From UHGV virus genome UHGV-0090450: DNA of 56,302 nt; one strand, given 5' to 3'. This document shows, one piece after another, positions 18,329-27,730 of the stretch (position 1 is its first letter; each line of letters begins with the position of its first letter). Position numbers and translations under genes: made by a program. This stretch comes from a virus. The notes under the pieces are model-generated. The model searched no databases, was not told where the DNA came from, and saw only the letters and a program-made list of their open reading frames with translations.

Positions 18329-19534
18329 ATGGCGGTAGATATTAAAGATGTCGAACAGGTCGCGCAGGAGCTGCAGCAGAAGTTTGACGACTTCAAAGCA
18401 AAGAACGACAAGCGCGTGGATGCGATTGAGCAGGAAAAAGGCAAGCTTGCCGGGCAGGTGGAAACCCTGAACGGGAAACTCAGCGAGCTGGAAAACCTCA
18501 AAAGCGATCTTGAAAAAGAGCTGCTTGAGCTGAAACGTCCGGCAGGTGGTGCGCAAAATAAACTGGCCACCGAGCATAAAGAAGCGTTTGTGGGCTTCCT
18601 GCGTAAAGGCCGTGAAGATGGTCTGCGCGATCTGGAGCGCAAGGCATTACAGGTGGGCACCGATGAAGACGGCGGCTATGCCGTGCCGGAAGCACTGGAT
18701 CGCAACATTCTCACCCTGCTGAAAGATGAAGTGGTGATGCGCCAGGAAGCCACGGTGATCACCGTTGGTGGTTCCGACTACAAAAAACTGGTGAATCTGG
18801 GCGGCACGGCTTCCGGATGGGTTGGCGAGACTGACGCGCGCTCCCAGACTGCCACCTCAAAACTGGGCCTGATTGAACCTTTCATGGGGGAAATCTACGG
18901 TAACCCGCAGGCCACCCAGAAAATGCTGGATGATGCCTTTTTCAACGTGGAAGCATGGATCAACAGCGAGCTGGCAACCGAATTTGCCGAACAGGAAGAA
19001 ATTGCCTTTACCACCGGCGATGGTACCAAGAAGCCGAAAGGGTTCCTGGCGTATGAATCCACGGATGAAACCGATAAGGTCCGGGCGTTCGGCAAACTTC
19101 AGCATATTGTATCCGGCGACGCGACGGCGGTGACCGCAGACGCCATTATCAAACTGATTTACACGCTTCGTAAGGCACACCGCACCGGCGCGAAATTCAT
19201 GATGAACAACAATAGCCTGTTTGCCATCCGTCTGCTGAAAGACAGCGAGGGTAACTATCTGTGGCGTCCGGGGCTGGAGCTGGGGCAGCCGTCCTCTCTG
19301 GCGGGTTACGGTATCGCTGAAAACGAACAGATGCCCGATATCGCCGCTGATGCGAAAGCCATTGCATTTGGTAACTTCAAACGGGGTTACACCATCGTTG
19401 ACCGTATCGGCACCCGCATTCTGCGTGACCCGTACACCAATAAACCGTTTGTCGGTTTTTATACCACCAAACGCACCGGCGGCATGCTGGTCGATTCGCA
19501 GGCCATCAAACTGCTGAAGATTGCAGTGGCGTAA
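18329..19534 (+). CDS. major capsid protein (HK97 fold, with N-terminal delta/scaffold-like coiled coil)
   Basis: 401 aa, coiled-coil N-terminus, RBS AGGAGA. Confidence 0.9.
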   Translation: MAVDIKDVEQVAQELQQKFDDFKAKNDKRVDAIEQEKGKLAGQVETLNGKLSELENLKSDLEKELLELKRPAGGAQNKLATEHKEAFVGFLRKGREDGLRDLERKALQVGTDEDGGYAVPEALDRNILTLLKDEVVMRQEATVITVGGSDYKKLVNLGGTASGWVGETDARSQTATSKLGLIEPFMGEIYGNPQATQKMLDDAFFNVEAWINSELATEFAEQEEIAFTTGDGTKKPKGFLAYESTDETDKVRAFGKLQHIVSGDATAVTADAIIKLIYTLRKAHRTGAKFMMNNNSLFAIRLLKDSEGNYLWRPGLELGQPSSLAGYGIAENEQMPDIAADAKAIAFGNFKRGYTIVDRIGTRILRDPYTNKPFVGFYTTKRTGGMLVDSQAIKLLKIAVA

Positions 19535-19582
19535 TCACTCAGGGGCGCGGAACCGCGCCCCTGTTCTGACGGGTGAAGAATC

Positions 19583-19783
19583 ATGATCCTGAAACAAGAT
19601 CTGAAATGGTCACCGGACGGTATGCGTGTTGAGGTCATTCGGGCCGGTGAGTATGACGACGGGGCGCTTCCTGCCCGGGTGCAGGAGATTGCACTTCAGG
19701 CCGGGTTAGCAGAGCGCGGAACCAGTGCAAAAAGCAGTAAAGCGACAAAAGAGAAAAAAGCCACGACCAGTAAAGAGGGCTGA
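19583..19783 (+). CDS. hypothetical small head-module protein
   Basis: ORF in conserved position after capsid gene. Confidence 0.4.
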   Translation: MILKQDLKWSPDGMRVEVIRAGEYDDGALPARVQEIALQAGLAERGTSAKSSKATKEKKATTSKEG

Positions 19784-19785
19784 GT

Positions 19786-20109
19786 ATGCTTCTGACAATG
19801 GAAGAGATTAAAGCCCAACTCCGGCTGGATGAGGATTTCGATGCTGATGACCGCCATCTGCAACTGCTGGCCTGTGCGGCACAAAAGCGGACGGAAACGT
19901 ATCTGAACCGGAAGCTCTATGCACCGGATGAAACCATTCCGGACAGCGATCCGGACGGGCTGCACCTGCCGGATGATATTCGTCTGGGGATGCTGATGCT
20001 TATCAGCCATTTTTACGAAAACCGCTCGTCGGTTACGGAAGTGGAGAAACTCGACATGCCGCAGAGTTTTGGCTGGCTTGTCGGCCCGTACAGGTACTTT
20101 CCGCAATGA
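19786..20109 (+). CDS. head-tail connector (gp6-like)
   Basis: Size and position. Confidence 0.7.
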   Translation: MLLTMEEIKAQLRLDEDFDADDRHLQLLACAAQKRTETYLNRKLYAPDETIPDSDPDGLHLPDDIRLGMLMLISHFYENRSSVTEVEKLDMPQSFGWLVGPYRYFPQ

Positions 20110-20516
20110 AAATTCGTCAGGCGCAGACCAGCGCAACCTACATTCTGCCGGACCCCGGTGAACTGAATAAACGCGTCCTGATCCGCCAGCGGGTGGATAT
20201 GCCCGCGGATAACTTTGGCGTGGAGCCTCAATACCCGGTTACGTTCCGGACATGGGCGAAGGTTATCCAGACCAGTGCCACCACCTGGCAGGAAACCGCG
20301 CAGACCGGGGACGCCATCACCCATTACATCACCATTCGTTACCGCCGGGGGATCACTGCTGATTATGAGGTGGTCTGTGATGACAGTGTGTACCGGGTGA
20401 AACGTCAGCGTGATCTGAACGGGGCGCGGCGCTTTCTGCTGCTGGAGTGTACGGAGCTGGGCGAATGTAGGCAGAGTCACGGAGGCAGCAATGGCGACTC
20501 CCTTTTTTCACGTTGA
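20106..20516 (+). CDS. head-tail adaptor / head closure protein
   Basis: Position, translational coupling. Confidence 0.65.
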   Translation: MKIRQAQTSATYILPDPGELNKRVLIRQRVDMPADNFGVEPQYPVTFRTWAKVIQTSATTWQETAQTGDAITHYITIRYRRGITADYEVVCDDSVYRVKRQRDLNGARRFLLLECTELGECRQSHGGSNGDSLFSR

Positions 20517-20997
20517 TGTTCAGCAGCCCGCCGAGATGCGCTTTAACCGCGCCCGTGTCCGGCGGGCGTTTGTCACGATTGGGCAGCGTCATATGCGTGA
20601 TGCCCGTCGGCTGGTGATGCGCCGTGCGCGGTCGGCACCGGGTGAAAACCCCGGTTATCAGACCGGACGCCTGGCTCGTTCGATTGGTTATATGGTGCCG
20701 AGAGCCAGTAAAAAGCGAGCCGGTTTTATGACACGCATTGCCCCTAACCAGCGCAACGGGAAGGGGAACCGGATGATCTCTGGTGACTTCTATCCGGCGT
20801 TTCTGTTTTTTGGTGTCCGGGGAGGAGCAAAACGTCGTCGTAGTCATCATCGTGGTGCATCCGGTGGCAGCGGCTGGCGACTGGCTCCACGTAATAACTT
20901 CATGGTGGAAACGCTTGAAAAGAACCGCAGCTGGACACGCTATTTTCTGGCGCGGGAATTGCGTAAATCACTGAAGCCGGAGCGACGACACAGATGA
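20491..20997 (+). CDS. HK97 gp10-like neck/tail-completion protein
   Basis: Position and sequence character. Confidence 0.65.
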   Translation: MATPFFHVDVQQPAEMRFNRARVRRAFVTIGQRHMRDARRLVMRRARSAPGENPGYQTGRLARSIGYMVPRASKKRAGFMTRIAPNQRNGKGNRMISGDFYPAFLFFGVRGGAKRRRSHHRGASGGSGWRLAPRNNFMVETLEKNRSWTRYFLARELRKSLKPERRHR

Positions 20998-21554
20998 AAC
21001 TGACGCCTGTTATTGCTGCACTGCGTGCCCGTTGTCCGTATTTTGAAAACCGGGTTGCAGGCGCGGCCCAGTTCAAAAATCTGCCGGAGGTCGGAAAGCT
21101 GAAACTCCCGGCGGCATATGTTGTACCGGGTGATGATTCTCCGGGAGAAAACAAAAGCCAGACCGACTACTGGCAGGAGCTGAAAGAGGGTTTCTCCGTG
21201 GTTGTCATACTGAGTAACGGGCGTGATGAGCGCGGTCAGTTTGCCTCGTATGATGTGGTGGACGATGTCCGGCAGATGCTCTTTAAGGCTCTGCTGGGCT
21301 GGAACCCGGAGGCGTGCGGTAACCCGATTACCTATGACGGCGGCACGCTGCTGGATCTGAATCGTCATGAGCTGATTTATCAGTTCGATTTTTCGGTCAT
21401 CAGCGAGCTGACTGAAGACGATACCCGCCAGCAGGATGATCTGAACAGTCTGGATGAACTGCAAACGCTGGCGATTGATGTTGATTATCTCGAGCCCGGT
21501 AACGGGCCTGACGGCGATATCGAACATCACACCGAAATAACCCTTCCTTCCTGA
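20994..21554 (+). CDS. neck/tail terminator-like protein
   Basis: Position before sheath module. Confidence 0.55.
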   Translation: MKLTPVIAALRARCPYFENRVAGAAQFKNLPEVGKLKLPAAYVVPGDDSPGENKSQTDYWQELKEGFSVVVILSNGRDERGQFASYDVVDDVRQMLFKALLGWNPEACGNPITYDGGTLLDLNRHELIYQFDFSVISELTEDDTRQQDDLNSLDELQTLAIDVDYLEPGNGPDGDIEHHTEITLPS

Positions 21555-21562
21555 GGATCCTC

Positions 21563-21733
21563 ATGTTTGTCAAACCTGTTAAAGGGCGGTCAGTGCCTGA
21601 CCCTGCCCGCGGCGACCTTTTGCCCGCCGAAGGGCGAAATGTTGACGAGAACAACTACTGGCTGCGCCGTGAAGCAGCGGGTGATATCCGGCGCGTGAAT
21701 AAAAAGGTGAACACCGATGACGATAAGCTTTAA
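21563..21733 (+). CDS. small protein (56 aa, MFVKP..., Mu gp38/DUF2635-like) not in ORF track
   Basis: ATG at 21563, open to TAA at 21731-21733, overlaps sheath start. Confidence 0.5.
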   Translation: MFVKPVKGRSVPDPARGDLLPAEGRNVDENNYWLRREAAGDIRRVNKKVNTDDDKL

Positions 21734-23213
21734 CACCATTCCGTCGAATACGCTGGTTCCGTTGTTTTATGCGGAAATGGATAACCAGGCGGCGAATACT
21801 GCACAGGACAGCGGAGCATCGCTGCTGATTGGTCATGCCAATAACGGTGCAGAGATTGTTGCCAACAGTCTGGTACTGATGCCGTCGGCAGACTATGCAC
21901 GCCAGATTTGTGGTGCGGGAAGTCAGCTGGCGCGTATGGTCGAGGCTTATCGCCAGACCGACCCGTTTGGCGAGCTGTATGTGATTGCCGTTCCGGAAGC
22001 CACAGGAGCGGCGGCAACGGTTACGCTGACGGTGACCGGGGCGGCAACCGAAACCGGCACGGTGAATGTTTATGTGGGACGTACCCGCGTGCAGGCACCG
22101 GTGACCAACGGCGATAACGTCGCGACGATTGCCAGCAGTATCAAAGATGCCATTAATGCCGTTCCGGCCCTGCCGTTTACGGCCTCATCTTCGGCAGGCG
22201 TGGTCATGCTGACCGCGCGTCATAAGGGGCTTTGCGGGAATGAAATTCCTGTCAGCCTCAATTACTACGGCTTCGGTGGGGGCGAAGTGCTGCCAGCAGG
22301 CGTACAGATTGCCGTGGCGACGGGGACCACCGGAACGGGCGCTCCGGTTCTCACCGGCGCGGTAGCTGCAATGGCGGATGAGCCGTTTGATTATATCGGT
22401 CTGCCGTTCAACGACACGGCCTCCCTTAACACGCTGGTGACCGAGATGAACGATACCAGCGGTCGCTGGAGCTATGCGCGTCAGCTGTATGGCCATGTGT
22501 ATACGGCAAAGATCGGCACGCTGTCAGAACTGGTGACCGCAGGTGACCAGTTTAACCAGCAGCACATTACCCTGGCGGGGTACGAAAAAGACACCCAGAC
22601 GCCTGCCGATGAGCTGGCGGCAAGCCGTACCGCCCGCGCAGCGGTGTTTATCCGCAACGATCCGGCACGTCCCACGCAGACCGGTGAGCTGGTGGGTATG
22701 CTGCCTGCGCCGAAGGGGAAACGGTTCACGATGACCGAACAACAGACCCTGCTGTCTCATGGCGTGGCAACGGCGTATGTCGAAAGCGGGGTACTGCGCA
22801 TTCAGCGTGATGTCACCACGTACAGGAAAAACGCTTACGGGGTTGCGGATAACAGCTACCTCGACAGCGAGACGCTGCATACCAGTGCGTATGTACTGCG
22901 CAAACTGAAATCCGTCATTACCAGTAAGTACGGGCGTCACAAGCTTGCCAGCGACGGTACCCGCTTTGGTCCCGGTCAGGCGATTGTCACCCCGGCGGTG
23001 ATCAAAGGGGAACTGCTGGCAACCTACCGTCAGCTTGAGCGTGCGGGGATCGTGGAAAACTACGAACTGTTTAAGCAGTACCTGGTTGTGGAGCGTGATG
23101 CCAGCGATTCGAACCGCCTGAACACGCTGTTCCCGCCTGACTATGTTAACCAGTTGCGTGTCTTTGCCGTGGTTAACCAGTTCCGTCTTCAGTATTCAGA
23201 GGAGTCTGCATAA
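21717..23213 (+). CDS. tail sheath protein (Mu L-like)
   Basis: 498 aa, followed by tube gene. Confidence 0.9.
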   Translation: MTISFNTIPSNTLVPLFYAEMDNQAANTAQDSGASLLIGHANNGAEIVANSLVLMPSADYARQICGAGSQLARMVEAYRQTDPFGELYVIAVPEATGAAATVTLTVTGAATETGTVNVYVGRTRVQAPVTNGDNVATIASSIKDAINAVPALPFTASSSAGVVMLTARHKGLCGNEIPVSLNYYGFGGGEVLPAGVQIAVATGTTGTGAPVLTGAVAAMADEPFDYIGLPFNDTASLNTLVTEMNDTSGRWSYARQLYGHVYTAKIGTLSELVTAGDQFNQQHITLAGYEKDTQTPADELAASRTARAAVFIRNDPARPTQTGELVGMLPAPKGKRFTMTEQQTLLSHGVATAYVESGVLRIQRDVTTYRKNAYGVADNSYLDSETLHTSAYVLRKLKSVITSKYGRHKLASDGTRFGPGQAIVTPAVIKGELLATYRQLERAGIVENYELFKQYLVVERDASDSNRLNTLFPPDYVNQLRVFAVVNQFRLQYSEESA

Positions 23214-23569
23214 TGGCCCGTATCGGGGGAACCTGTTATTTCAAAATTGACGGTCAGCAGCTATCGCTGACCGGCGGCATTGAGGTGCCCATGAACAGGA
23301 CGGTCAATGATGACATCATCGGCCTGGACGGTTCAGTGGACCGCAAGGAAACTCACCGTGCGCCTTATGTCAAAGGGACCTTCAAGGTGCCGAAGAATTT
23401 TCCGGTGAGCAAAATCACCTCGTCTGATGAGATGACCATCACTGCCGAGCTGGCGAACGGTCAGGTCTATGTACTGTCGTCCGCCTGGCTGCACGGCGAA
23501 GCGAACCATAATGCCGAAGAAGGCACGGTTGATCTTGAGTTCCACGGTGAAGAAGGGGATTACCAGTAA
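23213..23569 (+). CDS. tail tube protein (Mu M-like)
   Basis: 118 aa directly after sheath. Confidence 0.85.
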   Translation: MARIGGTCYFKIDGQQLSLTGGIEVPMNRTVNDDIIGLDGSVDRKETHRAPYVKGTFKVPKNFPVSKITSSDEMTITAELANGQVYVLSSAWLHGEANHNAEEGTVDLEFHGEEGDYQ

Positions 23570-23838
23570 TGAAAGAGCTTGAGTTAAAGAAACCGATTAT
23601 CGCTCATGGCGAGACACTCTCCGTACTGGAGTTTGATGAACCCACCGGGAAGGATGTCCGCGAGCTGGGGTATCCCTACCAGATGAATCAGGATGAGTCC
23701 GTCAGACTTCTGGCGCATGTGGTGTCGAAATACATTGTGCGGCTGGCGAAAGTGCCGCAAAGCTCTGTCGACCAGATGTCTCCGGCAGACCTGAATGCAG
23801 CGGCGTGGCTTGTGGCTGGTTTTTTCCTCCAGGCCTGA
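23569..23838 (+). CDS. tail assembly chaperone (short form)
   Basis: Small ORF between tube and tape measure. Confidence 0.7.
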   Translation: MKELELKKPIIAHGETLSVLEFDEPTGKDVRELGYPYQMNQDESVRLLAHVVSKYIVRLAKVPQSSVDQMSPADLNAAAWLVAGFFLQA

Positions 23839-23987
23839 CGGCTGAATACCTCACTGATCGCTTCTTTGACTGCGCCAGCTACTGGCGCATTAATCCCTTC
23901 GAATTGCTGAATATGCCGATCAGTGAAATTCCCTTGCTGGTCAGTCAGGCAAACAGGATAGAGCAGGAGAAACGCACACATGGCTGA
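23569..23987 (+). other. putative -1 programmed frameshift fusion product of the tail chaperone
   Basis: Slippery heptamer T-TTT-TTC at about 23821-23827; -1 frame (track ORF 23805-23987) stays open to the tape-measure start. Confidence 0.5.
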
Positions 23988-25812
23988 ATTTGAGCTTAAG
24001 GCGTTGATCACCGGTGTCGACAGGCTTTCTCCCGCGCTGTCGAAAATGCAAAAGAAAATCCGGGGATTTAAACGCCAGGCGGAAGAAGCGTCACAGGGTG
24101 GGCTGGCGCTTGGTGGCGGACTGGCAGCGGGTCTGACGCTTTCCCTGAAATCTTATGCCGATCAGGAAAACGCCGCCACCGGGCTGAAAGTCGCCATGAT
24201 GGATGCGAACGGCGAGGTTGGAAAGAGCTTTCAGGACATCAATAAACTGGCTATTGGCCTGGGTAACCAGCTACCCGGTACAACGGCTGATTTCCAGAAC
24301 ATGATGCAGATGCTGGTGCGTCAGGGGATCCCGGCAGAAAACATTCTTGGTGGTGTGGGTAAAGCGACAGCTTATCTTGCGGTACAACTGAAAAAAACAC
24401 CGGAAGCGGCTGCTGAGTTTGCTGCAAAGATGCAGGATGCTACCGGAACGGCCTCAGAAGACATGATGGGGCTGTTCGACACAATTCAGAAGGCGTTTTA
24501 TCTGGGCGTTGACGACACCAACATGTTGTCATTCTTCACTAAAACCAGCTCTGTTCTGAAGATGGTGAACAAGGACGGTCTTCAGGCTGCACAGAGTCTT
24601 GCCCCCATCAGCGTCATGATGGATCAGATGGGGATGAACGGGGAGTCGGCAGGTAATGCCCTGCGAAAAGTTATCCAGTCCGGATTAAGCGTTAAGAAAA
24701 TCAGGGACGTCAATAAAATCATGGCCCGCCAGAAACTCGGGGTACAGCTCGATTTTACTGATGGCAAAGGGAGTTTTGGCGGTCTTGATAACATGTTTAA
24801 GCAACTGGCAAAGCTGCGAAAACTTACCGACGTTAAGCGAACAGGTGTACTTAAGGCAATATTTGGTGATGATGCCGAAACCCTTCAGGTGGTCAATGCG
24901 CTGATCGATAAAGGAAAGGATGGCTACGATCAGATCCAGCAGAAGATGAATAAACAGGCCAGCCTGAATAAACGTGTTCAGGCTCAGCTTGGTACGCTGT
25001 CCAACCTGTGGGAGGCAATGACGGGGACCGCAACTAACGGCCTTGCGGCTATTGGCGGCGCATTTTCTGGTGACGCTAAGAACATCACGCAGTGGCTGGG
25101 GGAGTTGGGGGAGAAATTCACGAAGTTTGCGGATGAAAATCCCCGGGTTATTCGCGGCGTCGTCGGGCTTGCTGCCGGTCTTGCGATTCTGAAACTGGGA
25201 TTGATGGGCGTTGGCGGTGCCATCAGTATTGTCAGCAGGATCATGTCGATGACGCCGATTGGCATGATTGCGACGGCGATAGCCCTGGCTGCGGGATTAA
25301 TTATCACTAACTGGGATGTTGTCGGACCTTATTTTAAGAAACTCTGGGAAACCATTGGTCCTTATTTTGAGGCTGGCTGGGAACTCCTTAAGAAAGTTTT
25401 TGCCTGGTCGCCGCTGGGGATGGTGATCAATAACTGGGGGCCGGTTGTTAAGTGGTTTCAGGATATGTGGGACAAGCTGAAGCCAATTATTGAGTGGTTT
25501 ACCGACAGTTCCGGTGACACGGTCGATGCCATTAACTCTGCGCAGTGGGGCGCGGGTGCTTATGATGCTTATGGGACGGGAATACCGGCGCGGGGATACA
25601 CACCTTATCCGGCGGTGGATCTGGCTCAGTCAAACAACGCCTCCGATGCCACAGCCCCGAATCCCTTCATGATTAACAAAGCTTCTGCGCCAAAAGTTGA
25701 TGGTGAGATCAAGGTCTCTTTTGTGAATTCGCCTCCGGGTATGCGGGTTATGGAAACACGTTCTAGTGACATTGATATTAATCACGATGTTGGGTACACC
25801 AGATTTAGGTAA
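23980..25812 (+). CDS. tail tape measure protein
   Basis: 610 aa, Ala/Gly-rich, hydrophobic central region. Confidence 0.9.
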   Translation: MAEFELKALITGVDRLSPALSKMQKKIRGFKRQAEEASQGGLALGGGLAAGLTLSLKSYADQENAATGLKVAMMDANGEVGKSFQDINKLAIGLGNQLPGTTADFQNMMQMLVRQGIPAENILGGVGKATAYLAVQLKKTPEAAAEFAAKMQDATGTASEDMMGLFDTIQKAFYLGVDDTNMLSFFTKTSSVLKMVNKDGLQAAQSLAPISVMMDQMGMNGESAGNALRKVIQSGLSVKKIRDVNKIMARQKLGVQLDFTDGKGSFGGLDNMFKQLAKLRKLTDVKRTGVLKAIFGDDAETLQVVNALIDKGKDGYDQIQQKMNKQASLNKRVQAQLGTLSNLWEAMTGTATNGLAAIGGAFSGDAKNITQWLGELGEKFTKFADENPRVIRGVVGLAAGLAILKLGLMGVGGAISIVSRIMSMTPIGMIATAIALAAGLIITNWDVVGPYFKKLWETIGPYFEAGWELLKKVFAWSPLGMVINNWGPVVKWFQDMWDKLKPIIEWFTDSSGDTVDAINSAQWGAGAYDAYGTGIPARGYTPYPAVDLAQSNNASDATAPNPFMINKASAPKVDGEIKVSFVNSPPGMRVMETRSSDIDINHDVGYTRFR

Positions 25813-25819
25813 AGACGAA

Positions 25820-25840
25820 CAGGGAGGGCCGCCCCTCCCT
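25820..25840. terminator. bidirectional hairpin CAGGGAGGG-CCG-CCCCTCCCTG between convergent genes
   Basis: Perfect 9-bp GC stem between TMP stop and the minus-strand moron stop. Confidence 0.5.
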
Positions 25841-25844
25841 GAAC

Positions 25845-26291
25845 TTACTGTGCGAACACGCAATTTCGGCCTGATGGGGAGCCGACAATTCTGGACATTT
25901 TTTCGCAAATAACAGTTACCTGTTCTCCTTTTTTAAGAGCAGCAGCTGTTGATTTTTCAGAGTCTTGCATCTCCATTCTTGCTGGCATGAATTCATTTTC
26001 AGTTCTGAATTTAATAATTATAGAGTCAGTAAAGTCCTTATCAATGGATTGTACGATACCTCTAACGGCGATTAATTTACCTTTTAACTGTTCATCGGTA
26101 GCGACTTCATTTTCTTCATACTCTTTAAACAGCTGTCGAGCAGTAGTGTTGTAGATTTCTTTTTGCGGTGCCGCAGCTTCCGTATCGGATGAGTATGAAG
26201 AATTAGAGCCTTTATCGTTATTGCCTGCAAAATATCCAATAATCACCAACCCGATGAAAATATATAAAATCCATTTTAATAATTTCTTCAT
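25845..26291 (-). CDS. membrane-anchored OB-fold protein (tRNA_anti-like family character), antisense moron
   Basis: N-terminal TM anchor, segment LFKEYEENEVATDEQLKGKLIAVRGIVQSIDKD; AT-rich. Confidence 0.6.
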   Translation of the reverse strand: MKKLLKWILYIFIGLVIIGYFAGNNDKGSNSSYSSDTEAAAPQKEIYNTTARQLFKEYEENEVATDEQLKGKLIAVRGIVQSIDKDFTDSIIIKFRTENEFMPARMEMQDSEKSTAAALKKGEQVTVICEKMSRIVGSPSGRNCVFAQ

Positions 26292-26401
26292 GTTATCACC
26301 TTAATGCTAATAATTTATATAGTTACAAATGGTAATGGCTACCACTACAAATTATGGCATTACCAGTAAATATTACTACTGATAATAAATATGGGACTTA
26401 T

Positions 26402-27730
26402 ATGACGTGGAAAGACAGACTTCAGGATGCGTCATTTCGCGGCGTGCCGTTTAAGGTTGAAGAAGAAAGTGCGGGAACCGGTCGTCGTGTGGAAACACAT
26501 GAATACCCGAACCGCGACAAACCCTATACCGAAGACCTGGGGAAAATCACTTTCCGCCCGTCCATCACGGCTTATGTGGTGGGAGATGACTGCTTTGACC
26601 AGCGTGATCTCCTGATTGAAGCGCTGAATAAACCAGGTCCCGGCACGCTTGTCCACCCGACATACGGTGAGGTGAAAGTCTGTGTTGACGGGGAAGTCCG
26701 GGTCAGCACATCGAAGAGTGAAGGGCGTATTGTCCGCTTTGACCTGAAGTTTGTCGAAGCGGGAGAACTCTCTTACCCCACATCAGGCGTGGCGACGGCG
26801 CAGACGCTGATGTCATCCTGTTCTGCACTGGATGACTGCATCAGTGACAGCTTCAGCGGTTTCAGTATCGATGGCGTGGCGGATTTTGTGCAGAACGACG
26901 TTATCGGTAATGCCAGCACAATGCTTGGGTATGTTTCTGATGCGATGAAAGTGGTGGATTCTGCTGTATCGGATGCCGCCAGGCTGTTGCAGGGGGATAT
27001 CTCGGTACTTCTGCCGCCGCCATCGTCAGGAAAAAATTTCGTTGAGCAGGTGCAGAAAATGTGGCGTACCGGTAAACGCCTTTATGGTAACGCCAGCGAC
27101 CTGGTCACCATGATCAAAATGCTTTCTGGTGTCAGCCTCGGCAGCGATTTGCAACCGCGCGGCGTCTGGAAAACGGACAGTAAAACCACCGCCACAGCGA
27201 CGCAGCAGCGTAACGTGGTTGCCAGCACTCTTCGTACGACTGCAATCAGCGAAGCAGCGTATGCCGTCACACGATTGCCTGCGCCAACAACTCCCGCGGT
27301 GATGCAGAATGCCGCAGTGGGGCAGTCAACAACACCCGCGCAGAGCACCGGCTGGCCTTCCGTCACGCATCCGGCACTGAACAATGCACCTGCGGTGAAA
27401 AACACGGTTGACCTGCCAACGTGGGAAGAACTGACCGACATTCGCGACACACTGAATACGGCAATTGATAAGGAGTTGTCCCGTACAACCAGTGATGCGC
27501 TGTTTCTGGCGCTGCGCCGGGTGAAAGCAGATCTGAATGCGGATATCAACACGCGCCTTGAACAGTCTGCGCGGATCATTCAGCGCACGCCGGATGAGGT
27601 TTTACCCGCGCTGGTGCTGGCGGCGACCTGGTTTGATAACGCGGCGCGTGACGTGGACCTTATCCGGCGTAATGCTATTACGCATCCCGGCTTTGTGCCG
27701 GTGATCCCTCTGAAGGTGCCAGTGCAATGA
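26402..27730 (+). CDS. DNA circulation protein (Mu N-like)
   Basis: MTWKDRLQDASFRGVPF N-terminus; ATG at 26402 preferred over track start 26354. Confidence 0.8.
   Translation: MTWKDRLQDASFRGVPFKVEEESAGTGRRVETHEYPNRDKPYTEDLGKITFRPSITAYVVGDDCFDQRDLLIEALNKPGPGTLVHPTYGEVKVCVDGEVRVSTSKSEGRIVRFDLKFVEAGELSYPTSGVATAQTLMSSCSALDDCISDSFSGFSIDGVADFVQNDVIGNASTMLGYVSDAMKVVDSAVSDAARLLQGDISVLLPPPSSGKNFVEQVQKMWRTGKRLYGNASDLVTMIKMLSGVSLGSDLQPRGVWKTDSKTTATATQQRNVVASTLRTTAISEAAYAVTRLPAPTTPAVMQNAAVGQSTTPAQSTGWPSVTHPALNNAPAVKNTVDLPTWEELTDIRDTLNTAIDKELSRTTSDALFLALRRVKADLNADINTRLEQSARIIQRTPDEVLPALVLAATWFDNAARDVDLIRRNAITHPGFVPVIPLKVPVQ

Noticed and set aside
26354-26401. Upstream start for the DNA circulation protein
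   Set aside because: No RBS at 26354, whereas ATG 26402 follows GGGA and gives the MTWKDRLQ N-terminus.
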